From assembly GCA_038087875.1 (NCBI GenBank), contig CM075989.1, positions 4,402,001 through 4,466,000 of the forward strand: DNA of 64,000 nucleotides, in the 5' to 3' direction. A model generated the notes under the pieces. The model saw only the letters and a program-made list of their open reading frames with translations, had not been told where the DNA came from and did no database searches. Shown here one piece after another: positions 61,759 to 64,000 of this stretch (position 1 is its first letter; every line of letters starts with the position of its first letter). The translations under genes were made by a program, and so were the position numbers. This stretch comes from Malacoraja senta (taxonomy: Eukaryota).

Positions 61759-61899
61759 AAATATTTTAAAAAACATGTGTCTATTGCCTGTGTACAAGAA
61801 CTCTTTGCAGCAGAAGGGAATGTGGACAGGGATCAGGAAGAGGAACGTGGACTTTTATTTTCCCTCTCCAATTGTAGACGTCATCGTAACTCCGTTATT

Positions 61900-62380
61900 C
61901 TTTGGAGCGCCGGAGGCTGAGGGGGGATCTGATAGAGGTATCCAAGATCATGAGGGGAATGTGGTAGGTAGATGGAACGAGCTGCCAGAGGACGTAGTTG
62001 TGGCAGGTACGATAACATTTAAAAGGCACTTGGACAGGTACATGAATAGGAAAGACTTTATGGGCCAAATGCAGGCAAGTGGGATGAGTGTAGATGGGAC
62101 GTGTTGGCCGGTATGGGCAAGTTGGCCCGAACGGCCTTTTTCCATGCTGTAAGACTATGACTCTATGACTCTATATGGAATGAGCTTCCATAGTTGAGGC
62201 AGGTACTATAGCAGCATTTGGGCAGGTACATGGATAGGAAAGGTTTTATTAGAGGGATATAGGCCAACCGGGCAGATGGGACTAGTGTAGATGGGATATG
62301 TATTGGAAATGGGGTGACATGGGCAAGTTGGGCTAAAGGGCCTGCTTCTGTGCTGTATGAATCAATGACCCTGTGACTCC
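61900..62380 (+). mobile_element. Two tandem CR1 3' fragments
   Basis: VVGRWNELPEDVV..FKRHLDRYM, with (ACTCTATG)n-type tails. Confidence 0.75.
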
Positions 62381-62559
62381 TGTTCATAGTGTTCATTGGA
62401 GGCTCTTGGTTCTTCCACTCACTGATAGATCAGCAGCAGCTAAGCTGAGGTTTGATGTTAAGGAGGCGATCATAGACCACCACGGAAGAGCAGAGGGAAC
62501 GAGAGCCCAACTTGTACTGATACAAATATTTTCAAACCAGGAGTGATAATATGAACAGA

Positions 62560-62858
62560 GGCACGGCCTTACAGCACTTACAGCGCCAGAGACCCGGGTT
62601 CGATCCTGGCTACGGATGCTTGTCTGTATGGAGTTTGTACGTTCTCCCCGTGACCTGCGCGGGTTTACTCCAAGAACTTCGGTTTCCTCCAACACTCCAA
62701 AGACGTACAGGTTTGTAGGTTAATTGGCTTGGTATAAATGTATAACAAAATTGTCCCTAGTGTAGGATAGATAGTGTTAATGTGTGGGGATCGCTGGCCG
62801 GTGCGGACTTGATGGGCCGAAGGGCCTGTTTCCGCGCTGTATCTATAAACTAAACTAA
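62560..62858 (+). mobile_element. HE1-type V-SINE
   Basis: B-box, V-domain and tail are present. Confidence 0.9.
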
Positions 62859-63308
62859 ATTTCCAATAGACTTTCACTTAAAGCACTGGGTGAGTGTATA
62901 CTCCTGTCCTGTTATAATGAACAAACCAGCTGCCACAGTATTACATTTAATGTACATACCGCTGAGTGGCAAAGCAGTTCAATATATTCAAAGTAATGAC
63001 TATACTGGGCTTCGGGTAGGAACATTTAAAAAACAGCAGAATCGACTTGTTTCTTCGTTTTATGAATTGGAACTGCTAGTTGGAAGCAGCTATTTAGCTC
63101 CGCAATTCCCTTTTTAGTAACATTATTAATGAGGTGTGCAAGACATCGTTCCATTCTCCACATCACTGGGGAATGGGTCCTTCTACACTGAACAACAACC
63201 TGAACACTGGAGAGGGACTAGAAGGAGCAGAGTGAGACACTGTTAAAGCAATTGGTGAGTCATACTACAATGCTTTAAGTACTTGGTCATTCCATTGTCT
63301 ATATCTCC

Positions 63309-63611
63309 GGGCGGCACGGTGGCACGGTGGCACAGCGGTAGAGTTGCTGCCTTTACAGCGCCAGAAACACGGGTGCGATCCTGACCACGGGTGCGGTCTG
63401 TACGAAATTTGTAACTTCTCCATGTGACCTGCGTGGGGTTTCTCCGGGTGCTCCGGTTTCCTCCCACACTCTAAAGATGTACAGGTTTGTAGGTTAATTG
63501 GCTTTGGTAAAGATTGGAAATTGTCCCTAATGTGTAGGATAGTGCTGGTCGCTGGTCGGTGCGGACTCGGTGGGCCGAAAGGCCGGTTTCCATGCTGAAT
63601 CCCTAAACTAA
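63309..63611 (+). mobile_element. HE1-type V-SINE, full length, with a duplicated GGCACGGT head
   Basis: GGGCGGCACGGTGGCACGGTGGCACAGCGG, then V-domain and tail. Confidence 0.9.
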
Positions 63612-64000
63612 GATAAAATAAACTCCAGGATCCCAACCCAAAACGTCATCAGTCCATTCCCTCCAGAGATGCTGCCTGACCCACGGAGTGGTTCTTAGTG
63701 TTGCACAACCAAATCAATTTGTTCATACTCTTATAAACACAAAATGTGCTTTCACGCTATTTTTTGTGAGATGGATTGTGTTAATGATCATTCACGAGTT
63801 ATTTAACGCCGGGCAGGTAATGGATCATGCACAATCAGGCCAGATCCCTCCAATGATGCCTAACATCTTCTTGAGTAGTGCAGCTAAAGCCATCATCATC
63901 TGTGCTGCGCCTATTTCCACCATTGCTAACCTAATGCAGTGATGCAGTGTGGATGCAATGTAGTTCAACCCAGGATCTTCAGTTCAGTTGAGTTTATTGT

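Noticed and set aside
63688..63942. 84-aa ORF at the window end
   Set aside because: It has a GTG start, no recognisable domain and no convincing splice signals.

Overview
This is eukaryotic, non-coding, repeat-dense DNA, most likely from an elasmobranch (skate or ray). That is inferred from about 25 copies of an HE1/V-SINE-type tRNA-derived SINE and its partner CR1 (HER1-like) LINE. I recognise no host protein-coding gene, RNA gene or CRISPR array. Every ORF with a recognisable protein is a decayed CR1 or Rex1/Babar LINE ORF2 fragment. Other residents are Penelope-type hairpin elements with hammerhead-ribozyme-like cores and 11-15 bp target-site duplications (TSDs), five PIF/Harbinger-like MITEs, one hAT-like MITE, one old Deu-domain SINE, GC-rich non-autonomous retroelements and microsatellites. 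Several repeat-free blocks look like enhancers or conserved non-coding elements. The most striking observations are: (1) two 22-bp palindromes, each flanked by an 8-bp TSD, whose empty sites can be seen in a paralogous MITE in this same window, resembling P-element-type excision footprints; (2) a young ~95-bp mini-retroelement that starts at a hammerhead core; (3) a position-conserved, co-varying hairpin in three divergent GC-rich retroelement copies. Family names come from my recognition of the sequences, not from a database search. Boundaries of old repeats are approximate (about 10-20 bp).
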